A stretch of 64,000 nucleotides of DNA. Source: an uncultured delta proteobacterium. GTDB taxonomy: Bacteria > Desulfobacterota > Desulfobacteria > Desulfobacterales > UBA2156. This document shows, in pieces, positions 1 through 10,488 of the stretch (position 1 is its first letter; the number at the start of each line of letters is the position of its first letter). The position numbers and the translations under genes were made by a program. The notes under the pieces were generated by a model. That model saw nothing but the letters and a program-made list of their open reading frames with translations. It did not search any database and was not told the origin of the DNA. Location: NCBI GenBank assembly GCA_963736855.1, contig CAVTQK010000015.1, positions 128,001 to 192,000 on the forward strand. The letters are read 5' to 3'.

Positions 1-123
1 ACAGCTCTAAGCCGATTTTGAACAGACCCACCGATCCCGACAGCATCCGGGCGTAAACCAAGGCCTCTTTTTCGGAGGAAAAATCCAGTGGAAAAATAAT
101 CCGATCTTCTGGTCGTTGGGAGC

Positions 124-1095
124 TCATAGTCCGATTTCTCTTTTCAGTAAGGGGTCGCGCTGATCTTGCGGGCAGATCAGATTCAGGGCGCCCGGGATGA
201 TCGAAATGATCGAAGGGAGCAGGCCCGGCCCCTCTCCGTCTACATCCAGAAGGACGGGATGGTTCGAAGCGGCTTCTACGCGGGTACCGATAAATCCTGA
301 TACGCCTTCGATCTGCTGGATTCTCCCATTATACAGGTACTGCAACTTCGAAAAAATCCGATGTAGAGGGATGTCGCCGATCACGGTGATATGAAAGACC
401 CCGTCGTCAGGATGGGCATCCGGCGCTACGAGCATGCCGCCTCCGTGGTATCTGCCGTTGGCAATCGCAACATTCCATGATCGCCATGTAACAGAAGGGT
501 TTTCGTCGATTTTCAGATGGATCTGTTTTTTTCCGTAACGCAAAACAGCAATCATGGTAGCCCAAAAAAAAGCGAAAGCCGGCCCCAGGGATCGGGGCGC
601 TTTCCGAACCTGATGCGCTACCTCGCCTCCGAGGCCGAAGCTTACCACATTTACAAAGAAACGCTGCGACCTTCGGCCTGCCGAATCCTTAAAGACGATT
701 CGTCCCACATCCATGGGTCTAATCGGCATCGTCTGGATCAGGGTAAGGGCTTCATCGATATCCCTGGGGATAGAAAGGGTTCTGGCAAAATCGCAGCCGG
801 TTCCGTTGGGTACAATTCCGATGCAAACCTTTTCCCGAAGTTCACGGTCAAAGGCCATAAGGGAGTTGATCACCTCGTTCAAGGTTCCATCCCCGCCGAC
901 TACCACTAATCGCCGGGTCCCCTCGACGACGGCTGCAGTGGTCAGAGTGGTGGCATCTCCGGGGAGCCGGGTGAGGACGGTTTTGAATTCACGGAGGATC
1001 CTTTTGGCTTTGACGGCAATCCGGGGCCACCGGGTTGCTGTGGATCCTCCTCCTGCATGAGGGTTTACAATGAAAACCGTTTCGGGTGAAGCCAT
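124..1095 (-). CDS. Diacylglycerol kinase family lipid kinase (YegS/BmrU-like)
   Basis: Motifs VNPHAGGG, VVGGDGTLNEVIN, PNGTGCDFAR, NGRYHGGG, DVDGE. Confidence 0.9.
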   Translation of the reverse strand: MASPETVFIVNPHAGGGSTATRWPRIAVKAKRILREFKTVLTRLPGDATTLTTAAVVEGTRRLVVVGGDGTLNEVINSLMAFDRELREKVCIGIVPNGTGCDFARTLSIPRDIDEALTLIQTMPIRPMDVGRIVFKDSAGRRSQRFFVNVVSFGLGGEVAHQVRKAPRSLGPAFAFFWATMIAVLRYGKKQIHLKIDENPSVTWRSWNVAIANGRYHGGGMLVAPDAHPDDGVFHITVIGDIPLHRIFSKLQYLYNGRIQQIEGVSGFIGTRVEAASNHPVLLDVDGEGPGLLPSIISIIPGALNLICPQDQRDPLLKREIGL

Positions 1096-1316
1096 GGCTG
1101 CCTTAGACGCATCGCCCTATGTTTTTTACCCTTTGCGTAGCCAAAAAGGGAAAAGAGGGACCGGATTCTTCTACATAGGATAAAACACAGGATGTGGAAA
1201 GCTTTTTCACATAAAAACGGTCAAGGAAAAATCTATTGAAGGAGTCGAGCAGATGATGATATGTGCTTTTCATATCAGGGAAAAATTTGTATTAATGACA
1301 ATTGGTCGTTAGAATT

Positions 1317-2741
1317 ATGGGTCTTGGAAGCAAACAGCAGAATTTGTTACGAATGCTGCCGGGAGTCGATCGGATGCTTGAGGCGGCCCGGGCTGAAGCT
1401 TTTTTCAACGCGGTTCCCCAGATCCTTTTGACTGAAAGCGTACGAGAAGTCATTGCATCCCTCCGTGAAGAGATTCTGTCTGAGGAGGTGGCCGTCGGCT
1501 CTGACGACCTGAACATCAAGACGCTTTTAGACCGGATCCGGGAGCATATACAGCAACGTCTTTCGCCTAAACTCAAGCGGGTGGTCAACGGGACCGGTGT
1601 CGTGGTCCATACAAACCTTGGACGTTCCCTCCTTTCCGAGATGGCCGTAAAAAATCTTGTTGCAATTGGATCCCGATATTCCAACCTCGAATTCGACCTT
1701 TCCAAAGGGATCCGTGGGTCCCGGTACGCCGCCGTAGAGGAGATTTTATGCGAAATCAGCGGAGGCGAAGCCGCCATGGTGGTAAACAACAATGCGGGGG
1801 CGGTCCTCCTCTGTCTGGAGACCCTGGCCAGTGGAAAAAAAGTGATTGTTTCCCGAGGGGAACTGGTGGAAATCGGCGGGTCTTTCAGGATTCCGGATAT
1901 CATGGCCAAAAGCGGAGCCATCTTAAAAGAAGTCGGCACCACCAACCGCACCCACCGCCATGACTACGAGGGGGCTATCGAAAATGAGACAGGCCTTCTC
2001 CTCAAGGTGCACCGGAGCAATTACAGCATGGTGGGATTCACGGCAAGCGTCTCCTTAAACGAACTCGTAGAATTGGGCCGAACCTATCACATTCCGGTGA
2101 TGGAGGACCTGGGCAGTGGGACCTTCATCGATCTTTCCAAATATGGACTGATTAAGGAGCCTACGGTGCAGGAGTCCGTCGTCGCAGGAGCCGATGTAGT
2201 TACCTTCAGCGGCGACAAGCTTCTCGGTGGTCCACAGGCCGGCATCATCATAGGGAAAAAGGAGTTCCTGGACCGGATCAAAAAGAATCCCTTGACCCGA
2301 GCCCTGAGGATCGACAAACTCACCCTTGCCGCCCTGGAAAGCACCCTCTCTTTATACCGGGATAAGGATGACGCCGTCGCATCGATTCCGACATTGAAAA
2401 TGATCACCACCTCTTTAAAGGACATCAAGAAGCGGGCCAGACGCTTGCAGCGGGAGCTTAAAAAACTCGGTTCCCCTCGTCTTAGGGTCATTTTGATGGA
2501 TCTTTCCTCACGGGTGGGCGGCGGTGCTCTGCCCATGCTGAATCTTCCCTCGAAATGCCTCGGCATCCGGATTGAAGGGATGTCGGCAAACGTCTTGGAA
2601 CGGTTCATGAGGGAAAAAACGGAAGTTCCCGTTATCGGCAGGATCGAAGCCGACTTCTTTATTCTGGATCCCAGGACGATTCAGGACGAGGAGATTCCCA
2701 TTATTAAAAATGCTTTCTCAGATCTATTCCAAAGGACCTGA
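1317..2741 (+). CDS. selA: L-seryl-tRNA(Sec) selenium transferase
   Basis: VVNGTGVVVHTNLGRS, VSRGELVEIGGSFRIPDIM, EVGTTNRT, PLP-lysine motif FSGDKLLGGPQAG; ATG at 1317 preferred over TTG at 1302. Confidence 0.97.
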   Translation: MGLGSKQQNLLRMLPGVDRMLEAARAEAFFNAVPQILLTESVREVIASLREEILSEEVAVGSDDLNIKTLLDRIREHIQQRLSPKLKRVVNGTGVVVHTNLGRSLLSEMAVKNLVAIGSRYSNLEFDLSKGIRGSRYAAVEEILCEISGGEAAMVVNNNAGAVLLCLETLASGKKVIVSRGELVEIGGSFRIPDIMAKSGAILKEVGTTNRTHRHDYEGAIENETGLLLKVHRSNYSMVGFTASVSLNELVELGRTYHIPVMEDLGSGTFIDLSKYGLIKEPTVQESVVAGADVVTFSGDKLLGGPQAGIIIGKKEFLDRIKKNPLTRALRIDKLTLAALESTLSLYRDKDDAVASIPTLKMITTSLKDIKKRARRLQRELKKLGSPRLRVILMDLSSRVGGGALPMLNLPSKCLGIRIEGMSANVLERFMREKTEVPVIGRIEADFFILDPRTIQDEEIPIIKNAFSDLFQRT

Positions 2742-2743
2742 GG

Positions 2744-4087
2744 ATGGCTGACGGCGGACGTATCTCTTTTGAAGAAAAGTTAGCGACCGGGTCGTTTCTT
2801 TTATCCAAAAGTGATTTTCCGGCCAAAAAGGCCCAGGGAGGACTCGATAATTTCATCCTAACGGCCTTTTTGAAAAACACCTTCCCCGAAACAACCTTCG
2901 AGGAACCGTTCGTCGAGTATGCTCTTCGTCGTCTTGGGGATGCCCGGTCATTCGGGGTTTTGATGATTCGCCTGGACCCTATCAAAGAGGGGGTGGCGGA
3001 TCCCGTTTCGGATCGGGAAGGACAGGTAAGGGATCTCGTGGAAATCCTGAGGCCCTTTTGCAGGGATGGAGGTTCCGGATGGGGGTCGTATGAATCGGAT
3101 ATCTTATGTGGTTTTTTCCCAGGCAATACCGATCTGGATTGCATGAAAATGGGGAGCGCCGTTCAGGAACAGTTGAGCCGGCGTCGCCGGGAGACCGTTT
3201 CCATGGGTTGCGCCCGGTATCCCATGATCAACTTTTCCAAGATTCAGGTTTTTGAAAATGCCAGGAAAGCCATCGATCATGCCGCCTTTTTCGGTCCCGG
3301 GAGCCGTATCGCTTTTGATGCCGTAAGTCTCAACATCAGCGGCGACAACCGGTACCAGGAAGGGGATATACCAGGCGCCATCCGGGAATATCGGGCGGCG
3401 CTTAAAATCGAGCCGACGAATGTTAATGTACTCAATAGCCTGGGAGTCTGTTATGCGGTAACGGGGGACTTGAACCGGGCTGTGGAGTGTTTTGAAACAG
3501 CCTTATGGATTGAGCCCGGTGAAGTCATGACCTTGTATAACCTGGCGTTGGCCGATCAGGCGGGGGAGAATATGGAACAAGCCCTGAAAAGATACCAGGA
3601 GGTCCTTGACATCCAAAAAGACCACTTCGAAACCCTGTTTCAAATGGGCCGCCTCTACGTCGATCAGGAAAGGCCCGGGGAGGGGGAGCCCTATCTAAAG
3701 AAGGCCGTTTCCCTGCGGCCGGGATCCGGTCCGGCGAACCGATATCTGGGAGAATGCTGCATGGGGATGGGAAAAATCGATGAAGCCATCCAAGCCTTTA
3801 AAAAAGCAATCAAAATCAATCCCAATGATGCGGCATCGCTTTCCGCTTTGGGATATCTTTTCAACGAGGTTGGAGAAAACCCGGAAGTAGCCCTGACCTT
3901 TTGCGAACAGAGTGTGAAAATCGCCCCGGAAGACGGGGTGTTCTGGTATCGCCTGGGCGTGCTCTATTACAATCATCATCGGATCCAGGATGCCGAAAAA
4001 GCACTTTCTGAGGCCCTTCGACTCGGATACGATGCCACGGCTTTGCTGAATAAAATCCAGCAGGCTCGACAGGAAAACTCTCAATGA
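2744..4087 (+). CDS. Tetratricopeptide-repeat protein with an N-terminal degenerate GGDEF-like region
   Basis: Several TPR-type helices in the C-terminal half (NSLGVCY, YNLALA, RYLGEC, SALGYLF); N-terminal TVSMGCA...ARKAIDHA resembles the end of a GGDEF fold but the GGDEF motif is absent. Confidence 0.75.
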   Translation: MADGGRISFEEKLATGSFLLSKSDFPAKKAQGGLDNFILTAFLKNTFPETTFEEPFVEYALRRLGDARSFGVLMIRLDPIKEGVADPVSDREGQVRDLVEILRPFCRDGGSGWGSYESDILCGFFPGNTDLDCMKMGSAVQEQLSRRRRETVSMGCARYPMINFSKIQVFENARKAIDHAAFFGPGSRIAFDAVSLNISGDNRYQEGDIPGAIREYRAALKIEPTNVNVLNSLGVCYAVTGDLNRAVECFETALWIEPGEVMTLYNLALADQAGENMEQALKRYQEVLDIQKDHFETLFQMGRLYVDQERPGEGEPYLKKAVSLRPGSGPANRYLGECCMGMGKIDEAIQAFKKAIKINPNDAASLSALGYLFNEVGENPEVALTFCEQSVKIAPEDGVFWYRLGVLYYNHHRIQDAEKALSEALRLGYDATALLNKIQQARQENSQ

Positions 4088-4671
4088 CAGCGGATTTTAA
4101 AAGCCACATTCTGGAGACGCTTCAAGAAAGCATTACGACCAAAACCGGCGCCGTCCGGGAAAATCTTACGAATCTCATCCGCGGTGCCGACCTTTTGGCG
4201 ACGTGTTTTTCCGGCGGCCATAAAACTATGATTTTTGGAAATGGCGGCAGCGCTGCCGACGCCCAACATATTGCGGCGGAATTCGTAAACCGGTTTCAGG
4301 TGGAACGCCCACCTCTGGCAGCCATGGCCTTAACGACCGACACCTCCATTTTGACTTCCATCGGAAACGATTACGCTTTCGATGAAGTCTTTGCCAAGCA
4401 GGTCCTGGCCATCGGAAAAAAAGGCGATATCGTCTGGGGCATCAGCACCAGCGGTAATTCACCCAACGTCCTCAAAGGGATGGAGGCGGCCCGCCGAATG
4501 GACCTGATTACAATGGGGATGACCGGAAGCGGCGGGAAACTGTGCCAGGTCGCGGATTTGTGTTTCTGTGTTCCGTCCGGGATCACGGCCAGGATTCAGG
4601 AATCCCATATCACCATGGCGCACATCCTGTGCGATTTGGTGGATCGGATCCTCTTTCCCGAACAATTTTGA
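4084..4671 (+). CDS. gmhA: D-sedoheptulose-7-phosphate isomerase (phosphoheptose isomerase)
   Basis: FGNGGSAADAQHIAAE, TSIGNDY, ISTSGNS, ARIQESHI. Confidence 0.95.
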   Translation: MTADFKSHILETLQESITTKTGAVRENLTNLIRGADLLATCFSGGHKTMIFGNGGSAADAQHIAAEFVNRFQVERPPLAAMALTTDTSILTSIGNDYAFDEVFAKQVLAIGKKGDIVWGISTSGNSPNVLKGMEAARRMDLITMGMTGSGGKLCQVADLCFCVPSGITARIQESHITMAHILCDLVDRILFPEQF

Positions 4672-5633
4672 TGAACGTGGAAAGCGGCCCCATGGCAAAC
4701 CCATTTGAACCGGTCGATTTCAAGCGGATTCGGACCTATTCCCTGATCGAAAGGAGCAGTAAGGTCGAGACGGAGCAGTTTGCTCGAGCGTATTCTGGAG
4801 GAAGCACCTTTAGCACATTTTTTTCGAGTCTCCCCGATGTGCTGGCAGGAAAGGAAATCCGTGAGGTGGTTGCCACCGTGGCCGGCGCGACGACTCAAGG
4901 AAAGACCGTTCTGTTCGGTATGGGCGCCCATGTCATTAAGGTGGGTCTGAACCCCATTGTCATTGATCTGATGGAGCGAGGGGTGATTTCGGCCGTCGCT
5001 ACAAACGGTGCCGGAGTCATCCACGATCTGGAGGTGGCTATGGCCGGAAAGACCTCGGAGGAAGTGGGGGCCTCCCTCAGCAACGGCACCTTCGGAATGG
5101 TCCGGGAACCCGGTGATTTCCTGAATCGGGTCATTCGGGAAAAATCCGGGGGACTGGGACAACGGGTGGGCGAGGCTATCCTGACCGAAGAGCTGCCGCA
5201 CCGGGATCTTTCTATTCTGGCCGCCGGCGCCCGTTTGAAAATCCCCGTCACGGTGCATGTGGCCTTTGGAACCGATATCGTTCATATGCATCCGGCCTTT
5301 AATCCGGAACGGACGGGGCGGGCCACGCATACGGATTTCGAGACTTTTGTAGCCGCGGTGGCCACGCTGGAAGGGGGCGTTTACCTCAACGTGGGTTCTG
5401 CGGTCATTCTCCCGGAAGTCTTCCTCAAGGCCCTGGCGATAGTCCGGAACCTGGGGTATCCGGTGAAAAGGTTCACCACCGTCAACATGGACTTTGTCCG
5501 TCACTACCGACCCATGACCAACGTGGTCGCTCGTCCTACTGCCGACGGCGGCCGAGGGTATGCCCTAGTGGGACACCACGAGATCATGCTCCCTCTTTTG
5601 GCTGCCGGTATCATCGAAGCCCTCGGAAGCTGA
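4671..5633 (+). CDS. Conserved protein, probably deoxyhypusine-synthase-like fold
   Basis: ATG overlaps the gmhA stop (TGATG); GMGAHVIKVG, TNGAGVIHD, NVGSAVILPEVFLKA, GHHEIMLPLL; the fold assignment is inference. Confidence 0.6.
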   Translation: MNVESGPMANPFEPVDFKRIRTYSLIERSSKVETEQFARAYSGGSTFSTFFSSLPDVLAGKEIREVVATVAGATTQGKTVLFGMGAHVIKVGLNPIVIDLMERGVISAVATNGAGVIHDLEVAMAGKTSEEVGASLSNGTFGMVREPGDFLNRVIREKSGGLGQRVGEAILTEELPHRDLSILAAGARLKIPVTVHVAFGTDIVHMHPAFNPERTGRATHTDFETFVAAVATLEGGVYLNVGSAVILPEVFLKALAIVRNLGYPVKRFTTVNMDFVRHYRPMTNVVARPTADGGRGYALVGHHEIMLPLLAAGIIEALGS

Positions 5634-5650
5634 ACCGCAGTCGATACCTC

Positions 5651-6577
5651 ATGGAAATCTACCTGATCGCCGGAAGCATAAGGGGTCTCATACATCGGCT
5701 CCATCTGTCGCTTACCGAACTGCCGAGCTTTGTACAGCGTCATGGTTTTGAGGGGATCGAGATTTCCGATCGGTTGATCGGCGGCAGCGACGATGCCTCC
5801 CTTGCCGATTTTGCTGTTTTGTGTCAACAGATGTGTCTGGGGGTCGTCCTCGATGTCGGCTGCGATTTGACCCTTTCCTCGGAGCGGCGCCTGGCGGGTC
5901 AGGTTGCATATGCCAAGAGCATGACGCGTACGGCGAAGGCTCTGGGTGCTCGAGGGATACGGATCTGGCTGGGGGGACAACTGTTCAGCATCCAGCAGCT
6001 CCTGTTTGGCTCAAAAAAACGCGCCCCGTCTCCGGAAGCGTCGGGAAACCAAAGGAGCGGGACTTCGGATTTTGTTAAAAGGCTTTTGTCTTCCGGTCCG
6101 GTGACGGGAATCGCCCACTCTTTTCGGAAAAACATGCCGTCACGGGTTTTCAGCCTTGAAAGGAAGATGCACCGGGCTATTGCATCTCTCAAGCAGGTCG
6201 TTGAGGATCCGGAAGCCGAAGGCCTTTTTTTTGCGGTGGAAAATCACTGGGGGATCAGCGCGCAGCCGAAAATCCTTCTTGCCGTCATTGACGCTGTAAG
6301 GTCTGTCCGACTCGGCACTTGTCCGGATTTTGCCAATTTCCCGAAAGATGTGGATCGGTACGAAGGGCTACGGCGACTGACGCACAGGGCTTTCCTTGCC
6401 CATGCCAAACTGAAAACCGGGGGAAGCTCGGAGGAAAGGGAGGTTGACTTTCACCGGTGTCTGACGATATTGAAAGAAAGCGGCTTTGATGGCATCCTGG
6501 CGGTGGAACACGATGGTCCGGGAGACGGGCTTTCCTGTTGCCTGACCATGCAAAACCTGATCCGTGATTTCTGGTAA
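5651..6577 (+). CDS. Sugar phosphate isomerase/epimerase family protein (TIM barrel)
   Basis: GFEGIE, AVENHWG, CPDFANF, HAK, GFDGILAVEH metal-binding pattern. Confidence 0.8.
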   Translation: MEIYLIAGSIRGLIHRLHLSLTELPSFVQRHGFEGIEISDRLIGGSDDASLADFAVLCQQMCLGVVLDVGCDLTLSSERRLAGQVAYAKSMTRTAKALGARGIRIWLGGQLFSIQQLLFGSKKRAPSPEASGNQRSGTSDFVKRLLSSGPVTGIAHSFRKNMPSRVFSLERKMHRAIASLKQVVEDPEAEGLFFAVENHWGISAQPKILLAVIDAVRSVRLGTCPDFANFPKDVDRYEGLRRLTHRAFLAHAKLKTGGSSEEREVDFHRCLTILKESGFDGILAVEHDGPGDGLSCCLTMQNLIRDFW

Positions 6578-6629
6578 ATGCCTTAAGGATGTGGGAACCG
6601 GTTGCGAAAATTGCGCCGATGGTTATTAT

Positions 6630-6820
6630 TGACGAAATCGTAAAAAAGTTATTTTGTTCGCTTCGTGACCATTTTCGGGAGATGCTCACGGCTTCTTTAA
6701 ATTTCAAGAACTCGGCGCAAGCGCATCAAACAGCTTGAAATTATTAACGCTCAGCCGTTCGTATCTCTTTTTTTGAAAATGCTCAAATCTCGCTTGCAAA
6801 AGCTTTTTGCGAAGACCTCA
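6630..6820. repeat. MITE-like palindromic intergenic element, subfamily B, copy 1
   Basis: Ends TGACGAAATCGTAAAAA...TTTTTGCGAAGACCTCA; core TCAAGAACTCGGC...TCAAACAGCTTGA shared with 60860-61050; TTAT on both flanks. Confidence 0.75.
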
Positions 6821-6893
6821 TTATTGGAGCAAAAAAAGATATGGCGTCGCGGATCGCGTGGCCCGAAAAGGATACTCGAAAGGGAGCAAATCC

Positions 6894-7121
6894 ATGCCGA
6901 TTTATGAATATCGATGCAATGACTGCAACAAAAAATTTGAATACCTGGTCATCGGAAAAGATGGACCGGATGGTTGTCCTTCCTGCCGGAGCAAAAAGGT
7001 TTCGCGCATCATGTCTGCCTGTGGATTCCTGAGCAAGGGAAAAAGCGGAGAGACTGTATCCAAGTCGGCCGGATCTTCGTGCAGCGGATGTTCATCAAGC
7101 AACTGCGCGAGCTGCGGATAA
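6894..7121 (+). CDS. FmdB-family zinc-ribbon protein
   Basis: MPIYEYRCNDC...CPSCRS and Cys-rich tail CSGCSSSNCASCG; ATG at 6894 after GGGAG. Confidence 0.9.
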   Translation: MPIYEYRCNDCNKKFEYLVIGKDGPDGCPSCRSKKVSRIMSACGFLSKGKSGETVSKSAGSSCSGCSSSNCASCG

Positions 7122-7123
7122 GC

Positions 7124-8071
7124 GTGTCGGATTCCATCAAGATCGGAACCCGGGGAAGCAAACTGGCCCTCTGGCAGGCCGAGTGGGTCAAATCCGCGAT
7201 CCAGGCTGATCATCCGGGGCTGAGCGTCGAGATCGTTACAATCAAGACCACCGGGGATAAAATATTAGACGTTCCCCTTGCTCGTGTGGGCGGAAAGGGG
7301 CTTTTTGTCAAGGAAATCGAAGAAGCCCTTCTCCAATCAGATATCGATCTGGCCGTGCATAGCATGAAGGATATGCCGGCACAGCTTCCCAAAGGTCTGA
7401 AAATCGGTGCTGTTCCCGAGCGTGAAAATCCACAGGACGTACTCATCTCAAAATCCGGCAAGGTCTTGGCAGAGCTAACATGGGGGTCGAGAATCGGCAC
7501 CAGCAGCCTCCGCCGGTCCGTTCAGTTGAAACATCGGCGTCCGGATTTTGAGATCCTGCCTCTGAGGGGGAATATTGATACCCGGATCCGGAAGCTTGAG
7601 ACGGAAAACCTGGACGCCATCGTCCTGGCCGCGGCCGGGATGCGGCGCATGAGCCTGGAAAATTATATCAGCGAATATCTGGATCTATCGGTGATGCTTC
7701 CCGCCGTCGGACAGGGTGCTCTCTGCATCGAGATCCGGAAAGACGATCCCGTAATCGCTGTTCTCGTTGAAAAGCTGAACCATCCGATCACGAGGATCGC
7801 GGTAGAGGCGGAGCGCGCATTTTTAAGCCGCATGGAGGGGAGTTGCCAAGTCCCTATCGCGGCGGCCGGGAAGGTTTCGGGGGATATCGTTTCCCTTTAC
7901 GGGCTCATCGCCGATCTTGACGGAAAGCGCCTGATTCAAGATAACCTTTCAGGACCGAAAGAGGCCCCTGAGCGGGTGGGATACAGCCTGGCCGATCGGC
8001 TCCTCGAAGCGGGCGGAAAAGAAATTCTCAAAACTGTTTTAGCGCAGATCAAAGATGGAGAAAAAAGGTAA
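7124..8071 (+). CDS. hemC: Hydroxymethylbilane synthase (porphobilinogen deaminase)
   Basis: IGTRGSKLALWQ, GGKGLFVKEIE, AVHSMKD, GTSSLRR, EGSCQVPI; GTG start at 7124. Confidence 0.97.
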   Translation: MSDSIKIGTRGSKLALWQAEWVKSAIQADHPGLSVEIVTIKTTGDKILDVPLARVGGKGLFVKEIEEALLQSDIDLAVHSMKDMPAQLPKGLKIGAVPERENPQDVLISKSGKVLAELTWGSRIGTSSLRRSVQLKHRRPDFEILPLRGNIDTRIRKLETENLDAIVLAAAGMRRMSLENYISEYLDLSVMLPAVGQGALCIEIRKDDPVIAVLVEKLNHPITRIAVEAERAFLSRMEGSCQVPIAAAGKVSGDIVSLYGLIADLDGKRLIQDNLSGPKEAPERVGYSLADRLLEAGGKEILKTVLAQIKDGEKR

Positions 8072-9593
8072 GGTCTATCTGGTGGGCGCGGGTCCGGGGG
8101 ATCCGGGACTGATCACCCTCAAAGGGCTGGAGTGCATCCGGAAGGCGGACGTCATCATTTACGATTTTCTGGCGTCCCCCAGCCTGCTTTCCCATGCCGC
8201 TAAAAAGGCGGAAATCCTGTATGTGGGAAAGAAGGGAGGTGATCACACCCTTTCCCAGGAGGGAATCAATGCATTAATTGCTAAAAAGGCTTCTCAGGGT
8301 TTCGTGGTGGTCCGCCTGAAAGGAGGCGACCCATACATTTTCGGCCGAGGCGGTGAGGAGGCAGAGGTCCTGGTGGAAGCCGGTATCCCTTATGAAGTGG
8401 TTCCTGGGGTCACCTCGGCCATTGCGGCACCGGCATATGCCGGCATTCCTTTAACACACCGGGCGTTCACTTCGACGGTGGGATTTGTCACCGGCCACGA
8501 GGACCCCGCCAAGGAGGTTTCCGGTATTGATTGGGAGGCTCTTGCCAGGGGAATGGGGACCCTGGTTTTTTTAATGGGGATGAAGAACCTTAAAGGCCTT
8601 GTTTCACGGCTCACGACGGCAGGGCTGCCCGGGACTACTCCCATCGCCCTGGTCCGTTGGGGAACCACGCCGGATCAGGTTACCGTGACCGGAACCCTCG
8701 AAACCATCGCCGATACGGTGGAGAAAACCGTTTTGAAGCCCCCGGTGGTGATTGTTGTGGGAAAAGTCGTGAGTCTGAGGACAAAGCTCGCTTGGATTGA
8801 AAAAAAGCCGCTTTTCGGCAAGCGCATCGTGGTGACCCGGGCCCGGGAACAGGCCAGCGATCTGGTGCAGGCTCTCTCGGAGCTTGGCGCGCGTTGCCTG
8901 GAATATCCTACTATCCGGATTGCGCCGCCTGATAACTTCGAGCCACTGGATGCCGCCATCGAACACCTCTCCAAGTACGATTGGTTGGTGTTTACCAGCG
9001 TCAACGGGGTCGCCGCCTTTTTCGAGCGTCTCTTTCGCCAGGGAAAAGATGTCCGGGTGTTAGGGCATGTAAAGACTGCCGTGATCGGCCCGGCCACTGA
9101 AAAGAAACTTCTTGAATTCGGGATTAAAAGCGACATTGTTCCTGAAAGCTATCGCGCCGAATCCGTTATTGAGGCGTTTTCGAAAGAAGTCATTTCAGGG
9201 AAAACCGTTCTGCTCCCCAGGGCCCGGGAGGCCAGGTCAATCCTTCCTGAAGAACTGAGGAAGATGGGGGCGAAGGTGAATGATATCGCCGTCTATCGCA
9301 CAGAAGCGGCAAGAGAGGGCGCCGAGACCATCCTCGACCTTCTGGGTGAAAAGGGTGTGGACATCATCACGTTTACGAGTTCGTCTACGGTGAAGCATTT
9401 TAGGGCCCTTTTACCCGAAGATCGATTTGCAGCCCTTATGGAGGGGGTGCAGGTGGCCAGTATCGGTCCGATCACCAGCGATACGGCCCGGACTCTGGGA
9501 TTCACCGTTGACATCACGGCAGAAACGTTTACCATTCCGGGTTTGGTGGAAGCCATCCTCCAATATCAAAAAAGGGCTTTCGACGTTTCCTGA
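8055..9593 (+). CDS. cobA: Uroporphyrinogen-III C-methyltransferase / uroporphyrinogen-III synthase fusion (CobA-HemD)
   Basis: VYLVGAGPGDPGLIT, RLKGGDPYIFGRGGEE; HemD half with VVTRAREQ, FTSVNGV, FTSSSTV, SIGPIT. Confidence 0.95.
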   Translation: MEKKGKVYLVGAGPGDPGLITLKGLECIRKADVIIYDFLASPSLLSHAAKKAEILYVGKKGGDHTLSQEGINALIAKKASQGFVVVRLKGGDPYIFGRGGEEAEVLVEAGIPYEVVPGVTSAIAAPAYAGIPLTHRAFTSTVGFVTGHEDPAKEVSGIDWEALARGMGTLVFLMGMKNLKGLVSRLTTAGLPGTTPIALVRWGTTPDQVTVTGTLETIADTVEKTVLKPPVVIVVGKVVSLRTKLAWIEKKPLFGKRIVVTRAREQASDLVQALSELGARCLEYPTIRIAPPDNFEPLDAAIEHLSKYDWLVFTSVNGVAAFFERLFRQGKDVRVLGHVKTAVIGPATEKKLLEFGIKSDIVPESYRAESVIEAFSKEVISGKTVLLPRAREARSILPEELRKMGAKVNDIAVYRTEAAREGAETILDLLGEKGVDIITFTSSSTVKHFRALLPEDRFAALMEGVQVASIGPITSDTARTLGFTVDITAETFTIPGLVEAILQYQKRAFDVS

Positions 9594-9756
9594 ACCGCTT
9601 GAGGCGATTCCATTCGGCTTTAAAGGGTACCCTTTCGCCCGATGGAATTTACCCTAACCCATTTTTCATCATTCCTTTTAAGCCAAGACCCTGGCATTTC
9701 ATTGGTGCATCGGAAATTCGTTCAAATCGTCGGAAGAAAAAAAACCCGGCATCGGA

Positions 9757-10488
9757 TCATGGGGCTATGGAAATCAACTCCACTTCAAAGATCAGGGTTG
9801 CATTGGGACCGATAGGGCCTCCGGGGGTTCCGGACTCGCCATAAGCGAGCTGGGGCGGGATAACAAGTTGCCATTTGGATCCTTCTTTCATGAGCTGAAG
9901 GGCTTCGGTCCACCCCTTGATTACGCCATTGACCGGAAATGTGGCGGGTTTTCCTCTTTTGTAGGAGCTGTCAAACTCCGTCCCGTCGATGAGGCTCCCT
10001 TTATAGTTGACGGTCACCCGATCCGTCTCCTTGGGAATCTTGCCGGTCCCTTCCTTGATCACGTGATACTGTAAGCCGCTCGGGTTGGTCTTCACACCTT
10101 TTTTGCCCCGATTTTCATCGAGAAACTTTTTACTTTCCACTTTATTTTTTTCTCCCAACACTTTCATCTTTTTTTCCTGTTCGGCCCTTTCGGCCTGTTG
10201 CTTTTCAGTCAGCTTTTTCTGAAGACCTGCCAAGATCTCCTGTATCTCTTTTTCGGTCAACAGCATTTCTTTGCCGGCAAATCCGTCCCTGACCCCTTTT
10301 TCGATGAGGGCAACGTCCAAATCTAAAGCGTGCATTTCAGAAAAGCGCTTCATGTTTTTTGCGGTGCTGACCCCCATAGAATAACTCAACTTGGCCTTGT
10401 CGGTCTTCAGGACAGAGGAGTCCTGAGCCGATGCGGCAAGTGTCGTGACCGCCAGAAGCACCAGAGAAATAACAATTTGATAAATCAT
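9757..10488 (-). CDS. FKBP-type peptidyl-prolyl isomerase (FkpA/Mip-like, exported)
   Basis: Signal peptide; [44 protein letters not shown]. Confidence 0.95.
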   Translation of the reverse strand: MIYQIVISLVLLAVTTLAASAQDSSVLKTDKAKLSYSMGVSTAKNMKRFSEMHALDLDVALIEKGVRDGFAGKEMLLTEKEIQEILAGLQKKLTEKQQAERAEQEKKMKVLGEKNKVESKKFLDENRGKKGVKTNPSGLQYHVIKEGTGKIPKETDRVTVNYKGSLIDGTEFDSSYKRGKPATFPVNGVIKGWTEALQLMKEGSKWQLVIPPQLAYGESGTPGGPIGPNATLIFEVELISIAP

